The position numbers and the translations under genes are program-made. DNA of 64,000 nt from Heterodontus francisci (lineage: Eukaryota). Where the stretch lies: assembly GCF_036365525.1 (NCBI RefSeq), contig NC_090384.1, positions 55,797,895 through 55,861,894 of the forward strand. The letters run 5' to 3'. Below are positions 37,601 through 52,600 of this stretch, one piece after another; within the stretch, counting starts at the first letter, position 1; each line of letters begins with the position of its first letter. The notes under the pieces were generated by a model. That model did no database searches, had not been told where the DNA came from, and saw only the letters and a program-made list of their open reading frames with translations.

Positions 37601-40600
37601 TTTAGCCCTGCGTCAAATTATCTGCAGACACTCATAATCTGAGCTCATATTTGAAGAGTGGCCACTTGGGTGAGTTATTGGAGACCTGTTGAATCTGCAC
37701 CTCCAGAAGAGGGAGAAGATTAAGGGGGAAATTTTCATACATATATAAGAAATATCAGCCTGAGAATCTCTTTTGAACCACTACAGTACAACTGCACCAG
37801 GTATGAATCTTACAACTCTTGGCTATATCTGGTTCTGGCAATTTCATACCCAAATTATCAACATCGTTTACATTTAAGCAAGTTTAAAAGCACTTGTAGA
37901 AATTACTTCACAGAAGGAGGCACACCTACACTTGTGTTAATTCTTCAAATACAGCAATCCACTACAGTTCCTGTCTTTCTTCATATTAATTTACAGACTT
38001 TGGGCTGAATTTAGTGCGGCCGTTTGTAATGGGAATGATGGTGTGCGAAACCGGAGAATTGCGTTGGAAGCGTCCACCAGGAAATCTGGTGTCATGACGT
38101 CGGTTCCAGATTTAGTCAGTGGCGGGAAAGTACCAAGCCACCATATGGTACCAAGTACCATAGCCACCCACCACCCTTCCCCCCAACGCAACAGGAATGC
38201 AATCTAAATTGTAAAACGCTTACTTTTACTAAATTAGTACTTAATTTGTCACAATTCAATGGGGGGGCTTGGGATTAACTAGACGACGGACGGCCCTCAT
38301 GTGCCTCCGGATTGCTGACTGTTGAAAGTTGGCAGCACCAAAGCAAGGCCTCTGTGCCATGACAGGTAGGTAGCCATGACCAATACTGCATAGGGGAAGA
38401 GGGGGGAGGGGAGGCCCTTGTCAGTCTTCATGGCTGTACACTCTTCAAGTGGGGTTGTGGTCTTGGGTGCTCTGCAAGGGGGGTTGGGGTCTCAGATGTT
38501 CTGCAGGAGAGTCAGGGTCTTGTGTGGGAGTGCTAGCTGAGCAGGTTTTCTGGTGATCTTCAAGAGGAGGCTTGTGCTTGGTTGGCTGTATCAGTTAATG
38601 TTACAACTAGGTGAGAAAGAGGTCTAGGGTTCTCTCTCAGCCTTTACCTGGTCTTACCATAACAGGGTTTAATTTAAAACACGCTGTTTTTTAACTCCCC
38701 CTTGATGAATCCTTATTGACTGCTTTCCAATTATAAGGCAAAGAAACCAGCCAAACAGGTTTTCTTAGGCTTAAAGAAGAAAGGTTGACCTTTATTAAAC
38801 TTAAACTCTAATTCCGTTAACGCCTACGGATACGTGACGCGCCCAAGCTAGCATGCATATGTGATACATGCTGATAGAGGCAGAAAAGAGCAGAATAAAT
38901 ACAGTGGAAAGGTTTGAGGCAATATCTGAAGTTGGTTTTGGTTACTGTTCGAACTTGCTGTAGAGTCCTTGATTATAGGTAGGTCTTGCTTTTCGTTGCG
39001 GCCCTGTATTCTTCTTAAACCTTGTTCTGTTGAGATTCATGTGTCGTCAGTGGTCCAGAGACTTGTGAGAAAGAGGTGGGAGCACACAGGTCTTCTCAGT
39101 CCAGGAGCAAGCAGTCTTTCTTAGTCCAAACTGTCTGTGGCTAGTTCAAAAAACCCTGGACCTGCCAGTTAGTCATGGTACAAGCTGGTTTAACCAGCTT
39201 TGGCTTTGTGGATTGGATCACTTTAGCAGTCTCTGGAATGCCCTTTCTACACCTTCAATGTCTGGTGATCAAAAGTCCATTGTGGGTTAAATGGATCATT
39301 TGTCTCCACAAGCACTGTCTGTTAGTATGCAAATGTTTTTTTCCAGCCATGGCTGATCTGTTTAACAAGTCATTTCCTCGCTCCAGCAACAGTTTAAAAT
39401 CAATGTTCATATGACAAAATGAATATGCCTCAGTCTTGGCATGACACTGCAACACCCAGCAGAATGACTTGCGATTTGAGAAAAACGCATTTTATTAAAA
39501 AGGGTCGAAAGAGAAAATACAAGATACTGAAAAAAAACCATGCATCCCTCATTCATTCATAAATCCCAAGATTAATTACAGACCATCTTTTCTTGGTGCC
39601 AGTGTTGCTTTAAACTGCCCTTTCTGGCCTCCCAGTAAACATGTGCTTCTTTGAGGTGGGGGGGGGGGGTTTCTTCAGTTTCCCCATTCCCATGACTGCC
39701 TAGGTTCTTTGATCCTGCTGAGGTCTGCAAAGGGTGGGAATTAGATTTAATTAGCCCCAAGTTGGAATTTTTTGCAGGAAAGTCGGTAGTGGGCAGGTCT
39801 ATCCTGAACTCTCTTTCAGTGCTTTGTTGAGTCATGCAAAGGCTTTTGATCGATTTATTAGTATATAAACCAAAAACTAAAGCGGATTAAAAAACTAAAG
39901 ACCAGTCAGAAATTTAAAAAACAAATTAATATCTAATTAAATAAAATAGAGCAGGGCCAAGCGATGTGTTGTACCTGCATGATGTGGGAGCTGGTGAACC
40001 CCATTGTAATTCCTAGTGACCACATCTGTAGCAAGTGCTGGCTGCTCAAGGAACTCCGGCTCAGAGTTGATGAGCTGGAGTCTGAGCTTCGGACACTGCG
40101 ATACATCAGGGAGGGGGAGAGTTACCTGGACGCTGTGTTTCAGGAGTCAGTCACACCCCTTAGATTAACTACCTTGAATTCAGCAAGTGGTCAGGGACAA
40201 GGGTGTGACTGTGAGTGAGACAGGAGGTAGTGTTGCAGGAGCCTCAGCCCTTGCCTTTGTCCAACAGGTTCAAGATTCCTGCTCCCTGTGTGGACGAGAG
40301 CAGGGACTGTAGGGAGGATGAACAAACTGACCACAGCACCATGGAATAGAGAGCCATTCAAGTTGGGAGAGAGAAAAGAGTAATGTAGTCGTAATCAGGA
40401 ATAGTATAGTTAGGGGCATAGACACTGTTCTCTGTGGCCTGGATCGAGAGTCCTGAAGGCTGTGTTGCCTACCTGGTGCCAGTGTTCAGGATATCTCAAA
40501 CGGGCTGCAGAGGAACTTGGAGTGGGAGGGGAAAGATCCAATTGTCGTGGTCCACGTAGGTACCAACAATATAGGTAGAATGAGGATAGAGGTTCTGCTG

Positions 40601-43600
40601 AGGGAATATGAGCAGCTAGAGGCTAAATTAAACAGCAGAACCAAAAAGGTAATAATCTCTGGATTACTACCTGAGCTACGAGCTAATTGGCACAGAGTCA
40701 ATAAGATTAAAGAGGTAAATGCGTGGCTCAAAGATTGGTGTGGGAGAAATGGGTTCGAATTCATGGGATATATTGAGAGATGACCTTAGGTCAAAAGATC
40801 AAGATGTAGAATCAGTTTGGGAGGAACTAAGAAATAGCAAGGGGCAGGAAACATTGTGGGAGTTGTTTATAGGCCATCAAACAGCATGCTAATGCAAATC
40901 ACAGTATAAATCAGGAAATTAGAGGTGCGTGTAACAAGGGTAATGCAGTAATCATGGGGGATGTAATTTGCATATAGACTGGGTAAACTTATTGTGCAAT
41001 GAAAATGGACTAATAATAAAAACAAGAAATGCTGGAAATTTTGCTTTTATTATTGGACTAATTAATAGTCTTGTTGTAAAGGAGCCTTTAGGAAAGAGAG
41101 ACTGCAATATGATAGAATTTTACTTAAGTTTGAGAGTGATGTAGTTCAATCAGAAACTAGGATCTTAAATCTAAACCTACCCCAAACGCTGCCTCACTTA
41201 TGCTCAGGCGGCAAGATCCAAGGAAAGGCCGGGAGAAGAAACGGTGAATGCGTCTGGTGCTGGGAAGGAGAAAAACAACCCTCTCCACAGCGAGGATAGT
41301 CTACCTGAGAAGGAGAAGGGGAGGCAGCTGCAACCAGCCACCCAACACCTACCCTGTGCTCAGAAACCCCTCCTCTACAGACCCCTCCTCAATGGAGGAG
41401 GAGGCAGCAGATGGACAAACTGGTCAGTGGCAAGTGGTACAAAGGAAAACCACAAAGAAAAAAACCTCTAAAAAAAAAAAGGAACAGGTCACCACCCCAA
41501 CCAGTGGCAAGAGGAGGCGACCGTCTGAGACAGACTACAGCAGCTCCTCTTCATTGGACGAGGAAGGGCCGGAACGACGGCACCTGCAAAAAAGTGGCAG
41601 AACTCAAAGCAGCTGGAAGATAAAGCCCCCCAGCTCCAGGGCACTGGAAGATGTGATGGGCCCATTGTGCCCCAAACCCAAAGCACCGAATCCAGCAACA
41701 TGCCTAATGCATTTTAGTTCCGGGATACCGAGAGCAAAGAAGCGTCTGCCGCATTCCAGCTCCAGGAAGTCGGCAGCAGTGACATCTTTGAGGAGGAATA
41801 GAGGGGAAAGACAGCAACAGCAGAGGACAGCCCAAGCCTTGCTGCCTACAAGACCACCTCCCCCCGCCCCCCGATGTCACCCCAGCAGAACAAACCCCCC
41901 ATGAGAAACCAGGAGGGGTTTCTGAGCCCAACGAATGTGAAACAGCTTGTGTACACTATGGGTATGCAGGAACATACCCAAGGACGGGGACTAGCAAGGA
42001 CAACTGATGTGGGAATTAACTACTAACCTAAAAATGGGTATAAAGATTGCTTCGATTAGCATGCGTAGCATTAAATCCACTATGCAATCTGTTTCAAAAT
42101 TGAACTACATCGCCAAGGTCAAAGCCTACCTGCTCTTTCTGCGGCAGTGTGGATACCACACCTCAGCACCTACAGGCAATGGTCAGGATGGTGGTCCCAC
42201 AGGACATCAATCTGGTCAGGGGAAATGATTCCCGTTCCTCCGGCCTGAGTATTCTGCTGCAGGGAGGCAACCTCATCATCTCCGAAGTTAAGGAGGTAGT
42301 AGGCGGCCGCATCCTCGTAGCAGATGTAATGTACAACACTGCTCCGCTCCGGTTGATCAATGTTTACGCCCCGGCTCAACGCAGCGAGCGACTGACCGTC
42401 CTCCAACAGCTCTCACTGCTGCTGGCAACATCCAGACCGATCATTCTAGGTGGTGACTTCAACTGCATCATTAACGCAGCTGAACAATCCAGCAGGAACG
42501 ATAGCAAACTAGACGCTACGTCCAGATTCCTAATGGAAACAGTAAAAGATGCCAAGCTGCACAACGTCTTCAGCAACCCTGCAGACGGAGCGCAGTGTAG
42601 ATACACCTGGTCAACTCCAGACGGGTCTGCCCATTCCAGGATTGACTTCCTGTTTGTGTCCCGTGCTTTCACGGTCAGATCCACCGCATCAAGCCGGTGT
42701 TCTTCTCTGACCACTGCCTCTTACTGGCCGACTGCCTCTTACAGGATGATCAGCGGGTTGGCAGAGGGAGATGGAAGCTCAACGCTACACTGCTAACCCC
42801 AGAGAACGTTGAGGAACTCAAAATGGATTACAAAGGTTGGAGAACCTGAAACCCCTCTTTGAGTCTCCAGTTCACTGGTGGGAGGCGATCAAGGCGAACA
42901 TCAAGAGGTTCTTTATCTTCAAAGGTGTTCAGAGGGTGAGAGAGGGACAGAGGGAAATGTCCCGACTCCAGAAAAGAGTGCAAAATCTGCTCCAGCTGCA
43001 GTCGATGGGGGTAGAGGTCAAGGAGGACCTCCAATAGGTGAAGAACCAGCAGGCCTCGTTCTTTGCCACGGAGGCCTCCAAGATCATCTTGCAGTCCAGA
43101 GTCTGCTCTGTTGGGCAGGATGAGATGTGCTCGCGTTACTTCTTCCAAAAGGTACACCGAGAGAGCTCTGTGATCAGCAGCCTGAAGGAAGAGGATGGCT
43201 TGGTAACGTCTTTGCAGTCCGACATAGTAAGGATCAGCAAATTCTTTTATGCTGGGCTGTACGACGTTTAGCCCACGGACAGCACTGCTTCCTAGTCCCT
43301 CCTGTCATCTATCATGGAGGTCTTGGATGACAGCATGAGGGAGAGACTGGACAAGCTCTAACTCTGGATGAGCTGACAAACGCCGTCAGGTCCTTCGAGA
43401 TGAGTAAAACTCCTGGAAGTGACGGCTTACCGGTTGAGTTGTATTCGGCCATGTGGGACTGGATCGGCCCAGACCTGCAGGAAGTATACGAGAGTATGCT
43501 TCTGGCCAACAGCATGTCAGAATCCATGAGGAAAGGCATCATCACCCTCATCTAGAAGCAGAAGGGAGAGAGGGCGGAAATCAGAAATTGGCGGCCCATC

Positions 43601-46600
43601 TCACTGCTTAATGTTGACTACAAGATTCTGTCTAAAGTCATCGCAGGTCAGGTCAAGTCTGCTCTGCAGTTGATGAGTCACCCTGACCAGACCTGTACTG
43701 TACGCGACAGGTAGATCTCTGATAGTCTTGCGCTACTCAGGGATACGATCGCCTATGTACGGGATGGAAGGTGAACACCTGCCTCATCAGTTTGGATGAG
43801 GAGAAGGCCTTTGACAGGATATCACACACCTACATGATGGATGTACTCTCCAAAATGGGGTTTGGGGAGGGAATCCGCAATTGGATCAAACTGCTCTACA
43901 CAAACATCAGTAGCGCAGTCTCAATCAATGGGTGGGAATCAGAAAGTTTCATGATCCAATCTGGATTCAGACAAGGCTGTCCTTTCTCCCCTGTCTTGTT
44001 TGTTTGCTGTATCGAACCTTTTGCTGAGTCCATTAGGAAGGAAGCAGGCCTAAGAGGGGTGACAATCCCAGGCAGTGGAGGCACTCAGGTAAAAACCTCC
44101 CTGTACATGGATGACGTCGCCATCTTCTGCTCGGATCCACTGACCGTTCGCAGACTGATGAGCATCTGCAACCAGTTCGAACTGGCCTCGGGAGCGAAGG
44201 TTAATCACGGCAAGTGTGAGGCCATGTTCTTTGGGAACTGGGTTGACCAATCCTTTGTTCCCTTCACCGTCAGGTCAGATTACCTGAAGGTGCTGAGGAT
44301 ATGGTTCGGAAGGGCCGGGGCGTGCGCCAAAAACCTGGAAGGAGCGAGTAGCCAGGATACACCATAAAGTGAGCAAGTGGGAGCAGCGATCTCTCCGCAT
44401 TGTAGGTAGGAACCTGGTCATCAGGTGCAAGGCACTCATGTTGTTGCTGTATGTGGCGCAGGTCTGGCCCATACCCCACTCCTGCACTGTGGCGGTCACC
44501 CGAGCCATTATCTACTTTATCTGGAAATCCAAAATGGACCAGGTCTGAAGGGAAACGATGTTCAAACCTCTGGAGAAGGGCGTAAAAAATGTACCCAACA
44601 TCGCCCTCAACCTGATGACCACCTTCAGGTGCGGCTGCATCAAGCTGTGCGTCCAGCCCCAGTACGCAAACACCAAGCGTCACTATGTGCTGAGGTTCTA
44701 TCTGTCCCCAGTGTTGTGAAGGATGGGTCTGGTCACATTGCCGCGGAACGCTCCATCCAGTTGGACCGTGCCGTACCACCTATCCTTCATGGGAAAGTTT
44801 CTGCGGGAAAACACCTTTGACCACCAATCCATCAGGCAGTGGTCTGCACGGAATATCCTCAAGGCCCTACGGGAAAAGGAGATGGTGGATCCTGTCGGAT
44901 GGTTCCCCGAGCAGACTGCCAAAGTCATTTAGCAGAATGTCTCATCACCAGAACTTTCAAACAACCACCAAGGCGTAGCTTGGCTGGTGGTGAGAAGGGC
45001 CCTTCCAGTCAGATTCTTCCTGCACGCCTGGAATCTCACCCCCTCCACATGCTGCCCTTGAGGTGGCTGTGGTGGGGAAGAGACAGTTGCCCACCTCCTT
45101 CTGGAATGTGTCTTTGCAAAGCAGGTGTGGAAAGAGATGCAGTGGTTTTTGTCAAGGTTCATCCCAAGCAGCTCTGTAATACAGCAGTCTGTGCTCTACG
45201 GGCTGTTCCCAGGGACGCACACTGAGATAAACACCAACTGCTGCTGGAGGATCAATAATTCAGTGAAAGACGCTCTTTGGTTTGCCCGAAACCTGCTGGT
45301 CTTCCAGCGCAAAGAGTTGTCCATGACCGAGTGCTGCAGACTGGCACATTCCAAGGTCCAGGACTACATGCTGAAGGACGCACTAAAGCTTGGGGCAGCC
45401 ACTGCAAAGACTCAATGGGGAAAGACGACTGTGTAAGGTCCTCCTGCCGTAGTGAACTGAGGGGCTGGACACATAGGAAGCCCCTCGGGGTGTATACACC
45501 AAATATGGGTTATCTGTAAAATGTATATGGCATATAAAATGGAATGGAAGGATTGTGAGGCAACTCATTCCTGTATTGAAGAAAACTGATTTCCTTTGCA
45601 CTTTTTGGAATGTCAACTTGGTGCTGTTTTGAACTGTTTTGTGATGTACTTTTTACAGATTTTTATGAATAAAGTATATTTTTGGGTGGAAAAAAATAAT
45701 GGTATGAGGGGTAGATTGGCTATGGTGGATCAGGAAACTGCATTAAAAGGTATGATGGTAGACAGGCAATGGCTAACTTTAAAGAACTAATGTATAGTTT
45801 ACAACAAAAATACATTCCTTTAATGTACAAAAACCCAGCAAGTAAAGTGTTCCAACTGTGGCTAACAAAAGAAATCAAGAGCAAGAAAAAGGCGTATAAA
45901 GTTGCCAAAACAAATAGTAAGTCTGAGGATTGGGAGCATTTTAGAATTCTGCAAAGGAGGACCAAGAAAAAGATTAAGGAAGGGAAAATAGAATATGAGA
46001 GTAAATTAGAGAGAAACATAAAAACGGAGTATAAAAGCTTCTATAAGTATGTAAAAAAAAAGTGGGTCAATTACAAATGGAGGCTGACGACTTTATAATG
46101 GAAATGGCAGAGAAACTAAACAAATATTTCGTGTTTGTCTTCATGGAGGAAAATACTAAAAACCTCCCAGAAATCAAGGGACTAGTGAAAATGAGGAACT
46201 GCACGATATTAATATTAGTAAAAAAAGGTAGTACTAGAGAAATTAATGGGACTTAAAGTCGATAAACCCCCGGGACCTGACGATCTACATCCCAGAGTGT
46301 TGAAAGAAGTAACTGTAGAGATAGTAGATGCATTGGTGGTCATCTTTCAAAATTCTGGACCTCCTCCTGCCCCCGCTACAAATTTATGCGGTGGCGGTGA
46401 GAAACGGCCCACCCACCCCAGGCCAATCAAGGCCCTTAAGTGGCAAATTAACTAGTACTTAAGGGCATCCACCTGCCGCCATGGGCATTTTACCCTTGGC
46501 TGGCAGGCAGCTGAGGCCTCAAAAACCCCGCCTAGTGAAACCAGGCAGCCTTCTTGTGAGCTGGGGGACCCTGTGCTTCACGAGGGCTGCCCCCAACTGC

Positions 46601-49600
46601 CCCAACACACAACATTCCCCCCGGCCCCCTAACTGACCCCTCTGCCTCGCCAGGACCCAACCAGTTGTCCCTGGCGAGGCCCTAAAAACTTACCTTAGTT
46701 CCGGGGCCATCCTCCCTCTTGCTGCCGATGGTTGGGTGTGGTCCCAGCAGTGGCCACCGCTCCCAGTGATGCTTCGGGGATTAAGAGCTGCTGGCCCGCT
46801 GATTGGCTGGGACCTCCATTCGGCGATCCTTCCTGCCTTAAGGAGGTGGAAGTCCCGCCCAAGACCAATTAAGGGCCTGGGGAGCAAAAAAACTGGTCTG
46901 GTTCCCCAGGCCCCACAGAGGTGGGCTAGCCACCGATTTTTTGCCCGGTGGACTGGGCCTCCCGCTCAAAGAAAATTCCAGTCTATATCAATAATTTAGA
47001 TGTGGGGATTAAGTATAATATTTCCAAGTTTGCAGATGACACAAAACTAGATGGAAGCGTGAGTTGTGAGGAGGTTGCAAAGACACTTCAAGGGGATTTG
47101 GAGAGGCTATGCCAGTGGGCAAAAATTTGGTAGATGAAATACAATGTGGACAAATGTGAGGTTATCCATTTTGGTAGGAAAAACAGAAATATACAGTATT
47201 TCTTAAATGGTGAGAGGCTGGGAAATGTTGTACTTCAAAGGGTCTTTGGTGTCCCTGTTTATGAGTCACTGAAAGCAAAGATGTAGATACAGCAAGCAAT
47301 TAAGAAGGCAAATGATATGTTGGCCTTTGTTACAAGAGGATTTGAGTATAGGTGTAATGAGTTACTGCAATTATATACCGCCTTGGTGGACCGCACCTGG
47401 AGTATGGTGTGCAGTTTTGGTCTCCTTACCGAAGGAAAGATATATTTGCCATAAAGAGAGTGCAATGAAGTTTCACCAAACTAATTCCTGGGATGGAGGG
47501 ATTGTCCTATGAGGAAAGATTAAATAAACAGGGCCTTTATTCTCTGGAGTTTAGAAGAATGAGAGGTGATTTCATTCAACACAGAACATTCTTACAGGGC
47601 TTGACAAGGTTGATACAGAAAGGATGTTTCTCCTGGCTGGGGGTGGCGGGGGGTGGGGGGGTGAGAACCAGGGGACACAGTCTCATAATGAGGTAGGTCA
47701 TTTAGGACGGAGGAGAGGAGGAACTTCTTCACTCAGAAGGTGGTGAATCTTTGGAATTTTCTACCCTAAGGGCTGTGGAAGCTCAGTCATTGAGTATATT
47801 CAATACAGAGATCGATAGATTTCTACATATTAAAAACATCAAGGGATACGGGGATAGTACAGAAAAATGCTGTTGAAGTAGATCAGCCATGATCTCATTG
47901 AATGGCAGACTGGACTCGAAGGGTTAAATGGCCTTCTCCTGCTCCTATTTCTTATGCTCTTATGTTCTTAAGACACAACTGTGTCTAGAAGCCCATTTCA
48001 CACGATCAATCTTTGCACAAATAACTTCCAGGCATCAATACAAAATTGGTTTTTCATCCACTTGAACCTCCATCCATTATTCTTACTATTATAGTTTTAC
48101 AAAGTATAGCTCCAGATTTGTATTTTCTATATCATTATCTATATCTTCTAGATTTTTCTATGTCTTCCTTGTCTCTATTTACCTTATGATCTTGTGAATC
48201 TGATATCTATATTGCTGTTAAGTGGCCCCATTCAAGGCAGCATGTGGGAAGACAAGGCTATCATTGCATCCCTGTAGTTCTGCCCTCCAACCTGTATTTA
48301 CATATATTGTGCAGGATTTTCCTGCAGGCTTCAGAACCCCAACATCAAAACCAAATGGTGCCCCAAGCCACACGTGCCAGGAGCAAGACCATCTCAGTGA
48401 TCTTCCTGGAGGCAGCTTTCCAATTGGTCGCCTCTGCATTCACCATCATATTAAGGATGGCGAATGGGCTCCAAATGCTGCCAATAAGAAGGGCAGCAAC
48501 TCTAGAGCAACACCAGCCCTATGAGGAGAGGTGGGTGCTGCTGAAGCAGGTAGAAGACTGCAAGGGTGCCTCAAAATGGAGGTGCAGGCAGCCAATCCAT
48601 AATCCTGATGCGCTTCCCCACTCCCTTATTTTCCCCACCTACAAATCTCAGCCAAGAAAATTCTGCCACTGATTTTCCTACCAGGTTCCTTTGCTGCTAC
48701 ATGGAGACTTGACTAATGACATAAAAATAAAAGTAAAACATAGTGCATGTACAGACTAAGACCCCATTCATCAATGCTATTGGTGTATGTATTTTTACCT
48801 TAAGTAGAAGTTAGAGTAAATTGAGCAAAATCAGTGGTATATGCTGGCTTTAAAAAGATTGAAGTTGTTAGGATCAGGTAAGGAGGGGTCAAAGGGCTCC
48901 CCTCTTGTCCCTCTCCTTGTTTGACCACAACAGGTTTATTTCTTTTTTACCGTAGATATGCTTCCCCAATCATTGAGTGTTTAACTATTTACGTGCTATG
49001 ATCATATAAAAAGAAACCATTGGACAGGTTTTCTTGAGTGTAACAAAGAAAGAGGTTAGCTTTATTGTACTTAAACCAATTTAAAATAATAAAACTACAC
49101 TCCAACTTTCACACACACAAATATGTTACAGAGTGGGGGAGGATAGATTGGTCGGATTACAGTCCACATCAATAAAAAGGGGCATAGAGTCTGAGGAGGT
49201 TGGTGGCTGATCTAGCTTTCAGCTGAATTCAATGCTCCTGAGGCTTCCAGTTTGTAAATGTTAACAGCAGATTCAATGGTTCTCCTGGAAACAGTGATAC
49301 AGAGGATTTCCTTCATGAGGTCTCTGTCTGCAGCAATGATAGGCCCAGGTGGTTACAGCCAGCAGGTAGAGTTAAAAACTTGCAAGGTGGACTGGGGGGA
49401 GAGAGAGAGTGAGAGAGAGAGGTGGTGGATCCCACTTGGGTCTTCTCTGGTCAGTGTCTAGTTTCTGGTCTGGACTGCAGAGAGAAAAACCAACTTAAAC
49501 ACACAGATGGTGGGCCTATCACATGACCATCACCCAACGATTCAACAAGGTTATCAGTGTGTATTCTCTCTTGTACCTTAATCAGCCCATGTCTAGGAAT

Positions 49601-52600
49601 TCCCTTCTCTCAACCAGGGTCCCATTGTTCAAGTGATTAGGTTTGAGTGGTCCATCTCCATCAGTTTAATGTCCAAGTTATAGCCTTATTGTTCTGTTAA
49701 TGGGGACAGGATAGCTGGTTTACTCAGACTTCCCGTTGTTCCTGCTGGGACTGAGCAGACAACATGTCTCCACCTCGATGTATTGGAATGTAGGGGAAAG
49801 TGATGCCAATTGCGGCATCTTAGCTGCTAGCAGTCACCTTTTATGTGGTCCTTTTTTTTCTTTTTTGTTTAAATTTAATTTAGGTTTCCAACCAGTGAAT
49901 TAAAAAAATCATCATTTGGCATAGTACGCTTTTGTGACAAAGTGCATGGGATTTGGAAGTTGAGGACAAATATTTCTTTACTGAGCAGAATGTTGAATTC
50001 ATCAGAACTTGTACCAGCATCTGAGATGGGTTCAGTCAGAGTTTGAAATCGGCAGAATTAGCGTGTGAATATGGCTTGTAGTGGGATATTAGAGTGATCG
50101 CTATAGACATCTTTTAGACTGGAGGGTGGGCACTGTAGGAAATTAAGGATTCTGTATAGAAGCTCTTAGTTTATTAAGATAGCATACAGAAGCAGGAAAT
50201 ACTATTAAATATTGTCAAAGCAGAGGAATTGTGGGAAATCATCTCAAGCTGTCACATGCTCACTGTATCTGAAGCTAAAGGTCCTTGAAAACTATCTGAG
50301 CCTGTTTGTGTACTGTCTAGCAGGAATGCAGAGGTCTCTCTCAAGTAAATAAGAGACCATGGGATGTCGCTTGACAATGTAGCCAAGCATCAACGTCATC
50401 AGTGCGTTCCCAGCTACACACATGCACAGAATGGTTTCTTCCTGCCAGTGTAGTGCTGCGTATGAGCAGCCTACATCAGCACCCGGATTGCCAGGACTAA
50501 TTTGTGCATGAGCTCTTAAAAGTCATAGCATGCTAGAACGGGGTCGCCTGCTCCCCACCTCGCCACTGCCTTCCTTCAGCCACTCGCTCCCCACCTCGCC
50601 ACTGCCTTCCCTCAGCAACTCGCTCCCCGCTGCCTTCCCTCAGCCACTCGCTCCCTCCCTCGCCGCTTCCTCCCCCTTATCCGATTGCTCCCTGATTTGC
50701 CACCCGAAGAAGCGGCGGGGTTGCGGGGCAGGGGAATGAGCCGCCGAATTGGCAAGGTGGGTAGAGAGTGGCCGAAGGGTGACAGGGCGATGCGGGAGCG
50801 AGTGGCCGAGAGGAGGGAGGTAGCAATGACTGGAGCGAGTGGTCTGAGGTGGGGTGGAGGGAGAGGGAGCAAGCAGCCGAAGTGGCAAGGCGGGGAGCAA
50901 GCGGCTGAGGTGGGGGAGGGAATCATTGAGGGCAGAAACAAGTGGCTCAGGGAAGGCAGCAGTGAGGCGGGGAGCAAGCGCAAGCAGAATGGCACGTGAG
51001 GGAGCAGCAAAGAGAAGTACGATGGCAAGAGGGAGCTGGGTACTGTTGGGGATGGGATGGAGGCAGCGATTGCAGCCATTGAGGGTTAGGGTTTAATTTG
51101 TTTTTTTGCAATAAATTGAGCAGCTCCATATTTATTACTGGCAGTTGCCTATGACGTCGCAAAGTGACGTTTCAGTGTATGGGCTGCATTTGCGCATGTG
51201 CCAGTACTGCGCCACCTAGTGATTGCATGGTCAGCAAACGCAGCCTTTTACAAGGCACTCTCCTTGTCTGGCGGAGGCAACCCCCTGCCACTGGTTAGAT
51301 CCCAGCAGCGGTGCGAAGAGACCCTTAAGTGGCCAATAACAAACCACTTAAGGGCCTCCATTGGCCTCTGGGCAGGAAGGCTGTCGTCGACCGATCCTGC
51401 CCCCGGCAAAATTCCTTGGCGAGGGGGCAACAATGGGCCCCCTGCCCCGCCACCCATTGCAATTCTATGGGCACCCCCACCTCCAACCCCGCATCCTGGG
51501 TGCCCATAAAATCCAGCGCATGGTGTCTCCATTAAGTGGCCTCTAAGGGACCTCATTTGGCCTCTGGCTAGAAAGGCCATCTTCGGCCTTCCCTGTCTTT
51601 GACAAAATTGAATGGTGTAAGGAAGGCGACAGCTTATAAAATGAGGCACCCTCCCTGCGGGCTTGGGGGGTGGTCCCTCCTTCATGGACAATCTGTAGCC
51701 CACGGAGTAACCCCGCTGGCAAAATCTTCACCTCCATAGAACCCCCTCCCCTGGATTTCAAACCGAACCTCTCACCATGCCACCACCTCCCACATCCTCT
51801 GCCTTGCTGGGGCCTTTCGGACTGGTCCCGGCGACCCTGCCTCACTAACCTGAGGTCCAGGGTTCCAGCACTGGTCCTGGGTCCAAGGCTTCTGCAGTAC
51901 CAGCAGTTAGAGGCCTACTTTAGGTCGGGACAACGAACCCAACCCGAACCCAACTGAACCATCATGGACTCGTGCCCGACCCGGTCCGAGTCCCTCCGCC
52001 TTTGCCCCGAGCCCGACCCGACCCAAGCCCGCCCCGACTCGACTCGACCCGACCCAGCCATCCGTTTACTGCCTCCCAACTCGGAACCTCCACGAAGCTG
52101 CCGTGCATGCCTGATGACATCATAGTGATGTCACTCGCTCACTGCGCAGACTCAGTTTCGTCCTGGACTCCCAGCTCAGCCAAGTTTTTTATTTTTAATA
52201 CTTACCGGCACAGCACTGATCCTGTGTGTCCGGCCTGACCCAACCCGACTCGACTTGGACTTGGCCCAACCCGACCTGAGCCCGAAAGTCGGAGCCTGAA
52301 GATGGGCCCAACCCGACCCGAACCCGACACATGTTGTCAGGTCCCGTCAGGTTCGGGTCGGGTAGCAGGCCTCTACCAGCATTGACCACCACTAGCAGTG
52401 GCTCTGTTGATACTGCTGAGCTGCCGGCCCAGCTTTAAAGGGACAGGGATCCCGGCACAGGACACTTAGGCAGAAAAACAATGGAGGATTACTCGGCAGG
52501 GGGGGGGGGGGGGCGGGGTGGGCGGCACAAAAGGCAGGGTCCCCCCCGTCTTTTCTGACCAGCGCTTGGTGCCCCGCCTCCTACACAAAATCCAGCCCCA

